From Eledone cirrhosa (Eukaryota), in the NCBI GenBank assembly GCA_964016885.1, contig OZ024742.1:275838001-275902000 (forward strand): a DNA stretch of 64,000 nucleotides. The letters are read 5' to 3'. Positions within the stretch are counted from its first letter, which is position 1, and each line of letters starts with the position of its first letter. The position numbers and the translations under genes were made by a program. The notes under the pieces are model-generated. The model ran no database searches, had not been told where the DNA came from, and worked only from the letters and a program-made list of their open reading frames with translations. Shown here one piece after another: positions 1 through 12,479 of this stretch.

Positions 1-1892
1 ATTCGATAAGGTCGACCATCGATACTTGGAAGCGGTTCTCAAGGCGGCCGGTTTCGGTCCCGTGTTCAGAGGATGGGTCGAGGCGATGCACACCAGCATC
101 TGCTTGAGGGTCAAGGTGAACGGCTACCTATCAGAACCGTTCGCAATCACGCGTTCCATTCGACAGGGGTGCCCTCTCCTCCATTCTGTATGTATTGACT
201 CTAGAGCCACTACTGCGAAAATTGGAGCTGTTGCAGGGCATCCCTCTAGAACCGGGACTGCGCAAAGCGGTGTCGGCTTATGCCGACGACGTGACGGTAA
301 TGGTGTCGAGCACCTCGGAAATCGGGGTGATCGGCAACTTACTGAAATAATACGAAACGCTGACGGGAGTAAAACTAAACCCGGACAAGTCTGTCGGTTT
401 ACAACTCAGTACGTGGAGAGGCAAACCGATGACGTCCGACAGCGTCGTTGGACGCTGGACGGACGGACTGGTGAAATTGCTTGGGGTCTGGTTCGGTCCA
501 GATCTCTAGGTGGAGAAAAACTGGAACGAGGTCACGGCCAAGGTGTTTGCACTCACCCAGAAGTGGGCAGAGTGCAAACTGTCCTTGAAAGGTCGAGCGG
601 ATGTGGCGAACACTTTCATAGCGTCCATCATCTACTACCGCTTGACTGTCGTGCCTTGTCCCCGTGAACATCTCGCCAAGATGGAACGCATGCTCTTCCA
701 GTTTCTGTGGAAGAAGCAGGCTCCGCTGGTGAGGAGATCTGTCTGCTGTCAGCACCCTTCCAACGGAGGGCTGGGAATGCGGTGGCTGATGATGCGCAAA
801 CATGCGCTGAGGCTACGGAATCTCCAGGTATTCCTCACCGACCTCCAACCGGTGTGGGCACCGTTTGTCAGACAGGCTTTCCCACAGCTTGTCTCGCTGA
901 TAGAGCTGCAGTCCTGGGTGAAGAAAAGACCGAAAACGATGGGTGCCTGGCACATTGAATGCGCTCAGGCGCTAACAGTCCTCTGGCAAGTGGGCGCAGC
1001 AATCAGTGGAGACTCCACTTCGACATTCTATAGAGGGATTGTACGTTACAAGGGCGACGACGTGCTCAGAGAGACTCTGGGCATCGAAGACGATGAGCTC
1101 ACCAGTCTGTTTGGTAGGACTTTCCGCCCAGGACCTATGGACAACTTCCAGAGGTCCCTGGCCTGGCAGTGCTACCGAGGAGCTCTACCGGTTTCAACAA
1201 GATCTACAGGCACGCACGCCCCGGAAGGGATCCTTCCAAGAGGACGTGTCCAAGATGTGCGCAGGACATTGAAACAGTCCTGCACGCAATTGTACACTGC
1301 CCGGGCGTAACCAACCTGTGGAACTATGCAGAACAACTGCTGTCGCGTATAGGACAAATCCAGTTGACTGCCGAGTCCATAGTAAGGATCAAACCGCCAG
1401 CGTCTTTCAAAAACAAAAGAGAGGCGGTTTTCCTCTGTATGGTGGCTATGGTGAAAGAAGTTATATGGTGGACGAGGTTGAGAGGACTGAGGACAGATGC
1501 CTTTCTCTCTGGACAACAATTGATTCCTTTCTTTAAGTATCACTTTAGAAGGAGAATCAGGGTGGAGAGAGGCACTGCACCCCAGTAAATTTACTGAAAG
1601 GTGGGTGAATGAAGCGGAAATGGCCCGAGTGATTGGGCCTTCTCTGTTTATAAGCCTGTAGGTTGAGGAAGAGAGCAAAAGGAAGAAAGGATCACTTGCA
1701 CAACACGCTCCTGGAGTTGAGGGTTGTTCTATCGACGGAGTATAAAACAACCCATTTATGGCGCCTCCCCCCTATTGGGGATTTCGATTGTTGTAATTGT
1801 TTGTTTTTATATTTTTTACACGACTGTATGTAAAATCCCTGGCATGTCTTTGTATTGTCCCCTTTTCTTGAGCGCCCTTGTGGCTAATAAAG
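1..1892 (+). mobile_element. Tx1/L1-clade non-LTR retrotransposon, 3' half of ORF2 (RT and C-terminal cysteine motif), frameshifted, with 3' UTR
   Basis: RT motifs across frames (FDKVDH at the window start, SIRQGCPL, AYADDVTV, LLGVWFG, LSLKGRADVAN); C-terminal CPRC...ETVLHAIVHC; AATAAA at ~1886 followed by (ATC)n. Confidence 0.85.
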
Positions 1893-2519
1893 AAATATAT
1901 CTATCATCATCATCATTTTACGTCCGCTTCAATATATCAAAGGGGTTCTGAACTAAGTGGGTACTGGAACCACATATTGGTAGACTCAAACTGTTGGAAT
2001 GTTGAGCTTTGTATTGCTTTTGTGCTCCCTAGGGCGGCACAGAACGCAGTGTGCATCGGTTAATTGCTGCAAGCAGCCTGTTAAACTGTGCATCACAAGC
2101 TCCTGAATGGTAAAGTTCTAAATAGATAACGCATCGACAGGCTACCTCATAGGAAAGACATATGCACCAGTGAATGGTTTGTCTGCAAGTGCCCTTACGT
2201 ATTGCCTAGTCTCCTATTATGAGTACCCCCTCCCCCTCTCCTCTCATTAAAGCTACGCCCTCCCTCGCACAAAATAATATCTGGAATAATATCAGTGGGT
2301 GCTGTATGGCTGGAGCACCAGCTATGTTTCATGGCTGTCAAGAGGGAATGTAACTGATTGAATATTTGAGCTAAGAGATGAACTCAAATTATTTTTTGAT
2401 GTTCAGGGTAAGATGGAATGTTTTACCTGGCTGGATGACGAGAAATGGATCATGCACCTTGCCTGAACATTAATTTAAAAGTGTTGTAATTCAACTATTT
2501 CTTTGTCAATTTAACATTC

Positions 2520-3040
2520 TGGGCAAGTGTGTTATCTTGCTGAAAGATGAGATTCACTCAAGTTTGTGAACTGAACAGATTGTCAATGCTTAGCAACAAC
2601 CCACTCTCTAGAATATTGATGTATTCCTTAGCATTGATAGCCTTCTTTCATTGAGTAAGTTTGCTAATACCTGCAGATGAGAATGCTCCCCACATCATGA
2701 TTCCACTACTTCCATGCTTAACAGTTGTTTGTAGACAGTCAGGCCTGAATCTTTCACTTGATCTTTGAAAGCATTCAGGTGCATCACTACAGAGAGAAAA
2801 CCTTGACTCATCACACCATTGCAACATGTTCAAACTATTCTGAATCAATGATTCTGTATTCAGCTGTAAAGTGCAATCTGTCCTTGGCATTCTTCTTCGA
2901 CAGCCAAGCCTTCTTTGCATATTTTTTAAAAGATATTCCAGGTTTCTTCAACCTTCAGGTGACGGTTCTTTTTCATAGGGTTTTTCCATCACTTGTTTTA
3001 AATTGTGGCCATCTCTTTTTGTTGAAGCATTTGGATGACT
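2520..3040 (-). mobile_element. Tc1/mariner transposase remnant
   Basis: Minus-strand WCDESRF, TVKHGSSGIMMWGAFSSAG and IFQQDN motifs, with stops. Confidence 0.8.
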
Positions 3041-3056
3041 AGAATCCAATATTATT

Positions 3057-3165
3057 GCAACGCCGAGGTTAACTTTGCCTTTCATTCTTACGGGGTTGAT
3101 AAAATAAAGTACCAGTAATGTACTGGGTATTTGATGGCCTTGTGCCAAAAGTAGAAACAATTATT
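3057..3165 (+). mobile_element. SINE fragment (central domain and tail); related copies at ~4225-4296 (-) and ~15172-15280 (+)
   Basis: gccgaggttaactttgcctttcat...gataaaataaagtaccagtaatg...ggccttgtg..aaaagtagaaacaattatt occurs twice in full and once in part; resembles the MetaSINE central domain as recalled, not verified. Confidence 0.6.
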
Positions 3166-3389
3166 GCAACAGAGTCTGTTTGCTCCTAGCGCAGGCCAAT
3201 CTGTTTATAATCCATTCCAGCAATTTGGTTTTTCACCTTTTCATCATGGTGATAGCGTAATTTCTTTGGTGACATAAGACAATTGTAATTAAGATTTAGT
3301 TTATATTCACTCAAAGTTGAAAATAAAGAAAAGTCCATAAGAAAAGTGACAATTCAGGAAAAACAACATTTTCTAGAACACAGCATAGC

Positions 3390-4600
3390 CAAAGCCAAGG
3401 CTCTTTTTTTGCCTGGGTATGTGTGTGAAAAAGGCCTTTGACAGAGTACCACGATTTGTTATCTGAAACTGGATGTAGATGAGTAATGCAAGCCAGGTAC
3501 AAAGGAGCCGTCAGTAAAATTAGTGTATGTAATGAGTTTAATGGGGAATACAATGTGCAAGCAGGTGTTGATTAAAGATCAGTACTCAGCTCCCATCTGT
3601 TTTTCATGGTTCTCCCTGCTATAACAGAGAATTTTACGACTGGCTGTCCATGAGAACTTCTGTATGCTGATGACCTTGCTCTTATAGCTGAATCTTTGGG
3701 AGAGCTTCAGAAGAAATTCCAGTTGTGGAAACAGAACTTAGAATCAAACCTTGTCGAGACCAAAGTGTTAGTAAGTAGGAAAAAGGTCAAGATTGATTCC
3801 ATCAAGGAAGTGAGTGGCTGTGCACAATATGTAGAAACTCTATACAATGTACTGAATGTAAGGTATTGGTACACAAGATGTGTAGTAGGATTGCTAGCAA
3901 GCAGACAAAAAAGATAGACTTTGCATGTGGCAGATGTAAAAAATAGTGTGTAATAAGAGCAGCAGGGAAGAAAACATTTTCCAATCATAGATACCATAGA
4001 AGTAGTTGATAGTTTCTGTTACTTAGGTGACATAATTTGCAATGGAGGAGCTTGCTCAGAAAGCATGGTATTTAGAATAAGAACAGACTGGAAAATGTTT
4101 ATGGAGTTAAGATCGTATGATGTCTGCAGTGAGCTATGAACAGTAAATTTCTGAGGATATACAAAAGCAGGAGAGAAATGAAGTGAACATGTTTCGTTGA
4201 ATGTGGAATGTTAGTGTTCATAAATAATTGTTTCTACTATTGGCACAAGGCCAGCAATTATCCAGTACATTACTGGTACTTTATTTTATCGACCCCATTA
4301 GTGTTCATAAATAATGGGGCATGGAGGAACTGAGAGAAAAGCTGAGTATAAGAGAAATCAGATGTAGTCTGCAAAGGAGAAGGCTTTGCTGGTTTGGACA
4401 TATGATGCCTATAGATGATGAATGCTGGGTGAAGAATTGTCCTTCCCTGTGGGAGGGAGCTGCAGTAGAGTAAGGTCAAGGAAGACATAAGTCAATGTAG
4501 TGAAATTAGATCTCAAAAAGCTGACAGAGATGACAAAGGAACGCAGAAGGTTGAGGGAAACTGTGCTGGAAAAGATCTGTCCAATCCATACAAGCATTGA
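3390..4600 (+). mobile_element. Degraded RTE-clade LINE (RT 3' region), interrupted by a SINE fragment
   Basis: GCP*ELLYADDLALIAESLGELQKKFQLWK and IEVVDSFCYLGD, homologous to the RTE at 30065-31309. Confidence 0.8.
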
Positions 4601-4852
4601 AAAGTGGAAATCAATGAATTATGATATACTTGGTAAACACACTAGTGTGCAGAGTTATTGTCTCATCATGTGGTGTAGTAACTTTGTAAGTATTATTAAG
4701 TATGTGTGTGTGTATATATATATATATATACACACACAGATAGTTGTTTATATTCTTATGCTTTATATGATTCTACATTTTATAATACTTTACATTTTTC
4801 ACTTTAAAAAAAATATATTTCTTTATGGCGGTTGATATTTTTTTATATTTTT

Positions 4853-4885
4853 ACTAGCTGAAGTACCCAGCAATGCGGGGGTATT
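4853..4885 (-). mobile_element. Possible Helitron 3' end
   Basis: Minus strand shows an imperfect GC hairpin (cccgcattgctggg) ~10 nt before CTAG|T, like the Helitron end at 33318-33345. Confidence 0.4.
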
Positions 4886-5829
4886 TTATGAAAGTAACAA
4901 TATATTTTGCTGCATATTACAAAGTATCTGACCAATAAAATAGCAATGAACTATTATTCATTTCTGTAATTCTTCAGAAAGTGTATTTAGATTTTTACAC
5001 TGTAGCTTTCACCTACCTATGCCTCTAAGACAGTAGGATCTTGTTTGAGGGAGATTTGTTTTCTATTTCTGTCAGGTATATCAACAATTATAGTGGCTCC
5101 CATGGAATACATACATATATATGTGTGTGAGCAGTGGGAGACTGGGTCTAAAAATATTGGTTGCCTAGAATGCTATCATCTAATTTTATACCGAATAAAT
5201 AACATTTTCAAAAAATACATAAGTGGAAACAAAAAAAGTGCAATCAAATTTCTGCGGGAAAAATATGTATATTTTTTTTTTACTAATTATAGTATATATA
5301 TATAATGTACATATTACTGGCAGATTACAGTAATACCAAATGTAAATACAAAATGTTATAATTGAATTTTTAAATAAATACTGTTATTCTGAAAAGTTTT
5401 AACCAAACTGAAAATAAAGTTGTATAAATCAATTGCAATATTTTTAATGAAGACTTTTTACTGTCAAATAGATAACTATGTTTGCTTATGAAAATCACGG
5501 CATTGCAGTCAATACCACATCTTCATACATATACATCATTTGTTTGTTTGCTCTTTACAAAGGAGATTTCTTTCAAACAACTTTTTTTTTTTATTAAATG
5601 TACATATGCCAAGAATTCTATCACCACAAACTCGATTGCTCCAGCCCTCTATAAATAAAAGATAAATTTACATGGTTTTCATTTCTTCTACTTATAATAT
5701 TTTACATCCTTCTATTATTCGTTTTCCCCTGTTCTTGCCATTACTGTTTTTATAACATTTTCAAAATAACAGTATATTTAGAACCTGCAGTCTCAATTCA
5801 CCTGATTGTAGATAAGTATAACATGATTC

Positions 5830-6770
5830 TAATAGAAACAATCTACAATTTGTAAGAAATAATAAATAAATAAGGGGGGGGGGCAGAAGGAAAGAGAGAA
5901 TAGGGAAATATAAAAAAAAGAGACAGTAAGAAGAAAAAGAACAGGAAGGGGAGGGGATGACAAGATGGTGTCGCAGAAGAGAGAGGAGAGTGATTGGGCT
6001 TTGGGCATAGAGCAAGGGGCAGGAGTGCTGTGCCCCGCTGACAAGACGATAAAAGGATCACCCTGGACGATCGCCAGTGACACCAGCTGCAACAGACAAC
6101 CAACCTTGCGGGGCTCCCTCCTCAGACGGGCCGCCGACGCGCCGATCTTGCGGAGGAGCTTGGCAGTACGAGGTCCAAGTATATCTGAGGTCTTAACAGG
6201 GACCAGTGCGAAGAGGAAGCGGCCAGAGAAACCCTGGTATTTGTTTATTTTACGTTCTTCTGCGAGGCGGGCTGCAATGCTGGGGTTTGTGGCTGAAGCG
6301 ACTAAGCTGGAGGTGGAGAACGTGTCCCAGCAGGTGGTGTCCCAGATGAGGGATCTACCTCCTTCGAATGGGAAGAGGGTGATTCCGTCAGGGCGCTTGC
6401 CATCTCCGCGGTCTAGGCCTGCCGGCTCCAGTTGAGATGGAAAGCCAGCTGTGTCCAGGCTTCTTCTCAATATGTCATTGAGAGCGGTGTGTTGTGGGAA
6501 CCGGCCTGCACTCTGGCAGCAAGATAGGGTGCAAGCCAAACTTGTCAACAACTGCCCCACAGCAGCATTTATGTGGCTCTCACATGCTTTAGCCAAAGCT
6601 TTGGGCTACTCTGATGTGAGTGTACTCATCATCAAGAAGGGTACCGGTTGATGAGGAGGGCACCGAATTGAGCCACGCACTGCTGTTGGGCTGAGAAGCA
6701 AAGCAGAGACAAGCAAGGCGGTGTTTGTCCAAGCTAGACTCGATCCGCCTGACAGGGGACCTGCAGTTTA
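5830..6770 (-). mobile_element. 3' part of a CRE-like non-LTR retrotransposon with a restriction-like endonuclease
   Basis: AWLNSVPSSSTGTLLDD, then HTALNDILRRSL...LEPAGLDRGDGKRPDGITLFPF...LIWDTTCWDT...AEERKINKY; GC-rich body with a pyrimidine-rich 3' UTR. Confidence 0.75.
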
Positions 6771-6899
6771 TTACACATGTACCAATTTTTGAATTAATTG
6801 TCAATGTGTAAAGTGTGCAGTACTAGTAAACTATTTAAAAATATGCCCCAATTATTTAAAAATTAAAAAGTGTATTACGTGCAGGCCATTATATTAAGA

Positions 6900-7620
6900 G
6901 CAATCATTTGAGTTTAGTAGATGATTGTGCAAATCTACAAATAATTGCTTCTGCATACAATTCATCTAACAATTACTTTTCAATGGATAGCAACATGATT
7001 CGAAGTTCTCAGATAGCGAATTTCTTATCTTGTCTTTATGAACTTTAGCTTTGAAAATGTCCTCTCTCATTGGACTTGGATGACTGATAGTGTGCAGATG
7101 ACTTTATAAAGTTCATAAAGGTTATCATATGCCTTGTCATGAAGTCTGTTGGATGCCAGAATTTTTAGTACACATGATGGGCAAGTGATGCAAATTTTAC
7201 AGTTGTTGCAACTGGAACCCATATTCTCACCATCATTAAGCAATAGCTTTAATACATCAAAGCTTGAAGCAAAAGAACACAATTCTAATTTTACTTGATC
7301 TTTGCTGATTTGTGGAAATAACTAATTAATACCATCCAATGCTTCAACTTCAAAGCCCTCTCTGCAATAGTTTTAAACTTTGCTGGGTTCAAGCAGGATA
7401 AATCTTTATACAACTGTTTGTGTTGTACAAAGTGTGATTCTAGTGACTAGATAATGGATCCATTATTAGGTTAAACACATTTACTCGAAAATCAACTAGA
7501 GAATCTGAGGAATTTCCTTTATCATTAACAAGCTCATCTGCCATTCTTTTTTTCCTCTGTCTCTTAACTGGCAATGCTGTTTCCAAAATATCAATTTCCA
7601 AAATTTGATTTTCATCCAAA
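6900..7620 (-). mobile_element. hAT transposase C-terminal (dimerisation) remnant
   Basis: NLYELYKVICTLSVIQVQ*ERTFSKLK...MLLSIEK and upstream DFRVNVFNLIMD. Confidence 0.7.
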
Positions 7621-7624
7621 AATG

Positions 7625-8012
7625 GTGGGAGTAGGGAAGGATACACAGCCGCTAAGAGAGAAGCTAGACATCAGGTGTACTTAGCACGCAGGGAGGCTGA
7701 GAGTAGGAGGTTTTCCAATGTTCTGCGACGGGAAGATCAGGGACGTGCGGTGTTCCGCATTGCAAGGTAGTGTATCAGTGCAAATCAGGATGTTGTTGGA
7801 GATAAGTGTGTCCGGAATGATGCCGGTGTATTTAGTGTCACGAATGATAAAAAAAAGGAGGCCTGGAAATGTCACTATGAGAGATTGATGAATGTGGAGA
7901 ACGAATGGGAGAGAAATTACCCCCAGTAGTGGTCATGTAGGTAACACGGTAAAAAGCTCTCCGTCCATACTGTAAATGTGGTTGGTGTTAGGAAGGGTAT
8001 CCAACTGTAGAA
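7625..8012 (+). mobile_element. RTE LINE internal fragment plus a piece of RTE/SINE tail
   Basis: KREARHQVYLARREAE...QDVVGDKCVRND matches the 35650-37476 ORF; ggttggtgttaggaagggtatccaactgtagaaa tail motif. Confidence 0.75.
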
Positions 8013-8054
8013 ATATATATACTTATATATAAGTATATATATATATATATATAT

Positions 8055-8506
8055 CGTTTCTGAATTTGTTTAGCAAGATTCTTTATCTGAAAACGTGTGT
8101 TGAAACCGATATTGTTATACTTTGGGAGGGTCATGTTGCCAATAAGAAACACGCACCAGTTGCTTCACTTCAATTTATTATAATAAATTTATAAATTTAG
8201 GAATTTATAAATTTCCGGTTGGTTGGTTGGTTCCACAACCAGATGGTTGTTTATATATTGTCAAAGTTCTTTCGTCACACATTCTGTGACCTCTTCAGTG
8301 ACTGGGGATTCTTTTCTTTGTTTTTGTGCCTCTCCTTTGTTCTGTCCTACGTAAATATATAAACAACCATCTGGTTGTGGAACCAACCAACCAACCGGAA
8401 ATTTATAAATTCCTAAATTTATAAATTTATTATAATAAATTGAAGTGAAGCAACTGGTGCGTATGTTTCTTATTGGCAACATGACCCTCCCAAAGTATAA
8501 CAATAT
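8055..8506. mobile_element. Non-coding fold-back element, probably PLE pseudo-LTR derived; ~150 bp inverted arms with a hammerhead in the spacer
   Basis: 8109-8259 is nearly the exact reverse complement of 8354-8506; flanked by (TA)n; the end resembles 46300-46370 of the PLE. Confidence 0.75.
8260..8302 (-). ncRNA. Minimal type-I hammerhead ribozyme motif
   Basis: Minus strand: GUCA-CUGAAGA-G-GUCACA-gaaug-UGUGAC-GAA-AG-aa-CU-U-UGAC. Confidence 0.65.
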
Positions 8507-8520
8507 ATATATATATATAT

Positions 8521-8895
8521 ATCATCATTTTCATCATCATTTTACGTCCGCTTTTCCCTGCTTGCAAGGGTGGGACGGGTGATTCTGGCTTGATTTCTAC
8601 AGCTGGATGCCCTTCCTAACACCAACCTCATTTACAGTGAGTGCTGGGTGCTTTTTTTCCATGCTGCCTACACGTCCACTTTACAGTGTGGGCTGGGTGC
8701 TTTTTTCCAGTGGCACCTCCACGATCACTTTGCAGTGGAATGATAGGGACCCCAGTCCTATCATCTCATTTCTACAGCTGAGTAAACTGGAGCAATGTGA
8801 AATAAAGTGCCTTGCTCAAGGAAACAACACATCACCCGGTCTGAGAATTGAACTCACAACCTTTCGATTGCAAGCCCAATGCTCTAACCACTGGG
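8521..8895 (-). mobile_element. tRNA-derived SINE with RTE-derived tail
   Basis: Reverse complement of the SINE at 60539-60871; (ATC)n tail at 8521. Confidence 0.85.
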
Positions 8896-9049
8896 CTTGC
8901 AATCGAAAGGTTGTGAGTTCAATTCTCAGACTGGGTGATGTGTTGTTTCCTTATATATATCAGATAGCTAAAGATATCTGATCTTTAGCTCCTACTTTAG
9001 TAGTGGAGCACTCTTTGATCCATACCACACTTCCATCCCAGTATTAATA

Positions 9050-9825
9050 ACCAGCTTCCTGTTCCTCCATAGTCTTTTGCACCCACCATGCATAAACATA
9101 CAATCGACTCTACAACGAAGAACATTTCAATTCCACCAGGAAAACTCTACCTAAGGACTCTCACTCAGAAAATCGATACTTTCATGAAAGGATTCTGATG
9201 GAGAGCCTTCTTCTATGATAGACGCCATGATACACAGGACATCGACTTAAAGGATATGTATAGATTTAATACCTACAAATCTCCTCAACTGAACCCGTTG
9301 CTCTCGCCATTTGAGACCTTAAACTTACAGGTGGTTAATCCGATGTAGGCCTTGTTGGAAATTCCGTCCTCACATTGCACTGGTAGACCACGTTTTGTTC
9401 TCGGCATCTATTGTTGAGGGGACACGATGATCTATCCAGACAGTTACACCAACATTCATTTAGAAACCTGGTCAGGCAACACACTACAGCACTTTCTGGC
9501 CATATTTGGGACCTCCAAGACAACAAAATTATGTATCATATAAAATGGAGCCTACTTTCCAAGGCAAAATCTTACTCGGGAGGATGTCGTCCATGCAATT
9601 TATGCTCGGAGGAAATGATCCAGATGCTGTTTGCCAAGGACCAATTATTAAATAAAAAGGATGAACTCATTACCTTGTGTAAACACAGAATATATAGGAC
9701 ATATCTTACCTTCAAACCCCCTCACGACCCAAGTGGGTAGATCTTGGCTTTAATATCCCTCCCACTTACACACTAAGATAGAGGAAACCCTAAGTATCCT
9801 TAGGTAGAAATAGAATATTTTCATT
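9050..9825 (+). mobile_element. Internally deleted and partly inverted PLE (Naiad-like)
   Basis: + strand N-terminal FMKGF*WRAFFY and YRFNTYKSP...FE; minus-strand CNCLDRSSCPL...VVY...YIG; + strand TALSGHIWDL...CNLCSEE...LLNKKDELITLCKH. Confidence 0.75.
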
Positions 9826-9826
9826 A

Positions 9827-11639
9827 CACCGTGTAACAAAAAATTTTTTTTCTGTTCCTGGCTTGTAATCACTTTTTTTGTGTTGCTTAGGTCCCAAATA
9901 AATATTTAAAAAAGTGCTATTAAACAGTTAAAAGTTTGGGTTTGTAAAAATTCTCAGCTATTCACTAGAATTATTTGTATGCTGGATTTTACGTTGTATG
10001 TAAGTTTAATTTGCTTATGTTAAATGATTTTTTTTAGATATGTTTCAGGTTAAATTAAAATGATAAAATAAAGAGTAATACCTAAAGAAAATTATAAAAG
10101 TGCAATAAAGTATAAAATTGTTAAAAAGTGGATTAAAGAGATTTATTGATACTGGGGTACCAGAAAAAGTTCCTTGCTTCCCAAACCAAAAAGAAGTCAA
10201 TGACTTGGTCAGGGATATGGGTCTGACCAAGTTCAATGCAGAGCTATTCGTCTCCAGGATGAAGCAGTGGAACTTGGTCAAGGAGGAAGTGCAGGTGACA
10301 AGTCAGAGAAGTCGACACAAACCTTTCTCAAGCTTTTACACTCTTAGGGATGGCCTCGACTTCTGCCATGACGTGCCTGGACTGTTTGGCGTTATTGCGG
10401 TGCCATTTGTGCCCAAGGAGTGGCGGCTATTTATAGAGAGCTCTACCACAAGATTGAAGGCTGTCCTCCTCCACAATGGAAACAAGTTCCCAACACTACT
10501 CCTAGCTCATTCAGTCTGCTTAAAGGAAGATTACTACAGTGTGAAAGTCCTCTTGGAAGCTCTGCAATACAACCAGTACAATTGGAAAATCATTGGAGAC
10601 TTCAAGATGGTGGCTTTCCTGCTTGGACTCCAAGGAGGCTTTATCAAATTCTAATGTTTCCTCTGCCTTTGGGACAGCAGAGCTACCTCTGACCACTACA
10701 AAAGAAAGAACTGGGAGCAGCGAACAGAATTTGCAGTTGGGACGCGGAACATCATGTGGGAGACACAGGTTGATCCCAGGATTGTGCTCATGCCGCCACT
10801 GCACATTAAGTTGGGGTTGATGAAGTAGTTTGTGAAGTCTCTCAACCAAGAATCAGCCACTTTTAAGTACCTTCTTGAGTTCTTCCCCAAGTTATCTGAG
10901 GCCAAAATCAAAGGTGGAATTTTTGTTGGACCTCAGATAAAGAAGGTGTTTGAGTCTACCACGTTCTCCAATAAGCTCAATAGGATTGAGAGAACAGCAT
11001 GGAACTGTTTCAAGGCAGTTGTTAAGGGCTTCCTGGGCAACTACAGAGCTGAAAACTACCAGCAACTGGTGCAGGATCTGATAAAGGATTTTGGCGCCAT
11101 GGGTTTTGGCGCAGGATGTCGCTTAAACTCCATATGCTGGACGCTCACCTGGAAAAATTCAAGGACAATATGGGTGCCTACTCAGAAGAACAAGGCGAAT
11201 GATTCCACCAAGATGTGAAAGAGATAGAGAGGAGGTACCAGGGCCACTATAATGAAAAAATGATGGGGGACTATATCTGGGGGCTAGTACAGGAATGTGA
11301 CCTGGACTATAACTGCAAATCCAAGAAATCCAGTCATTTCTGACGTGTATAAGTTGCTTTATAAGTGTTTTTTGTTTTTACTTGTTTGCTTTTGATAAGC
11401 TTGTGTAATAAAATAAATATATACTCTGTTGATTTAATTATATGAACTGATAAATTTAAAATAAATGTGTTTTTTCTTGAAAAATATGATAATTTCGAAA
11501 TATCAAACAAAAATATGAAAATTTCGAAACCACAAACCCAAACTTCTGATTAAATAATAGTGTTTTTTTATAATAATGGGATATAACAAACCAGTAAATG
11601 ACACTTAGAACCGGGGAACAAAAAACATGTTACACAGTG
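9827..11639 (+). mobile_element. Chapaev3-type (CMC) DNA transposon with a pseudogenised transposase
   Basis: Termini CACCGTGTAACA / TGTTACACAGTG flanked by TTA on both sides; motifs WRLFI, LKAVLLHNGN, CFLCLWDSR, PPLHIKLGLMK, GIFVGPQI, SEEQGE*FHQD; stops at ~10652 and ~10826. Confidence 0.85.
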
Positions 11640-11774
11640 TTATTGTAAACACTTCCTAAACATCCTTAGGTAGAAATAGAATATTTTCATTTTTGAAAAA
11701 ATATACATATTGCCCTATGGGACCAGCTATGACACATTACTAGACCTACTCATAGTTTAAGCATAGTTTAAGGT

Positions 11775-11861
11775 TACTCACAGCCATTACTGGCTTTACT
11801 CACAGCCATTACTGGCTTTACTCACAGCCATTACTGGCTTTACTCACAGCCATTACTGGCT
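11775..11861 (+). repeat. 22-bp tandem repeat, ~4 copies
   Basis: (tactcacagccattactggctt)n. Confidence 0.9.
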
Positions 11862-12178
11862 AAGCATAAACGAATTGAGAGAGACACTAAGCATAAGGGG
11901 AATTAAATGCTGTGTGCAGGAGAGGAGATTGTGTTGGTATGGACATGCGATGCGTGTATGGACATGCGATGCGTATGAAGGATGACAGCTACATAAAAAG
12001 ATGCAGAGCACTAAAAGTCGATGGAAGCCTTGGAGTGGGGAGACCCAACAAGACCTGGGATAAGGTGATAAAAGCTGACCTTGCCCAATTGGACCTCTCA
12101 AAGGCGATGACACAGGACCGAGACCTCTGGTGTCACGCAGTAATACAGAAGACCCAATTTCCCTTGGGTACAAGCTGA
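11862..12178 (+). mobile_element. RTE LINE 3' fragment
   Basis: YGHAMRMKDDSYIKRCRALKVDG...GRPNKTW matches the RTE C-terminus. Confidence 0.8.
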
Positions 12179-12479
12179 AGCTGAATAAATCTAAACGCTT
12201 AGGTTTATAAGTATCTGTTCACAACCAACTTACTTATACTACTTTATATTGCAGCGGTACCCAGGGATATTCTTCCACAGTAACACAGATTGCTTGTAAA
12301 GCAAAACAACTGTTACTGTTACTTGTACTGTGATGTAGTAAATATATATATGTAATTTTGTGGTCATCCATTCAGTAATTTTTTAGTTTTAGGTGGACAC
12401 ACAGAATCAAGAACTTTTATTTATATCCAACCATCAGGGTATAGCAACCAACCCTGATGGAAAAGTGTTCTGGAAACAA

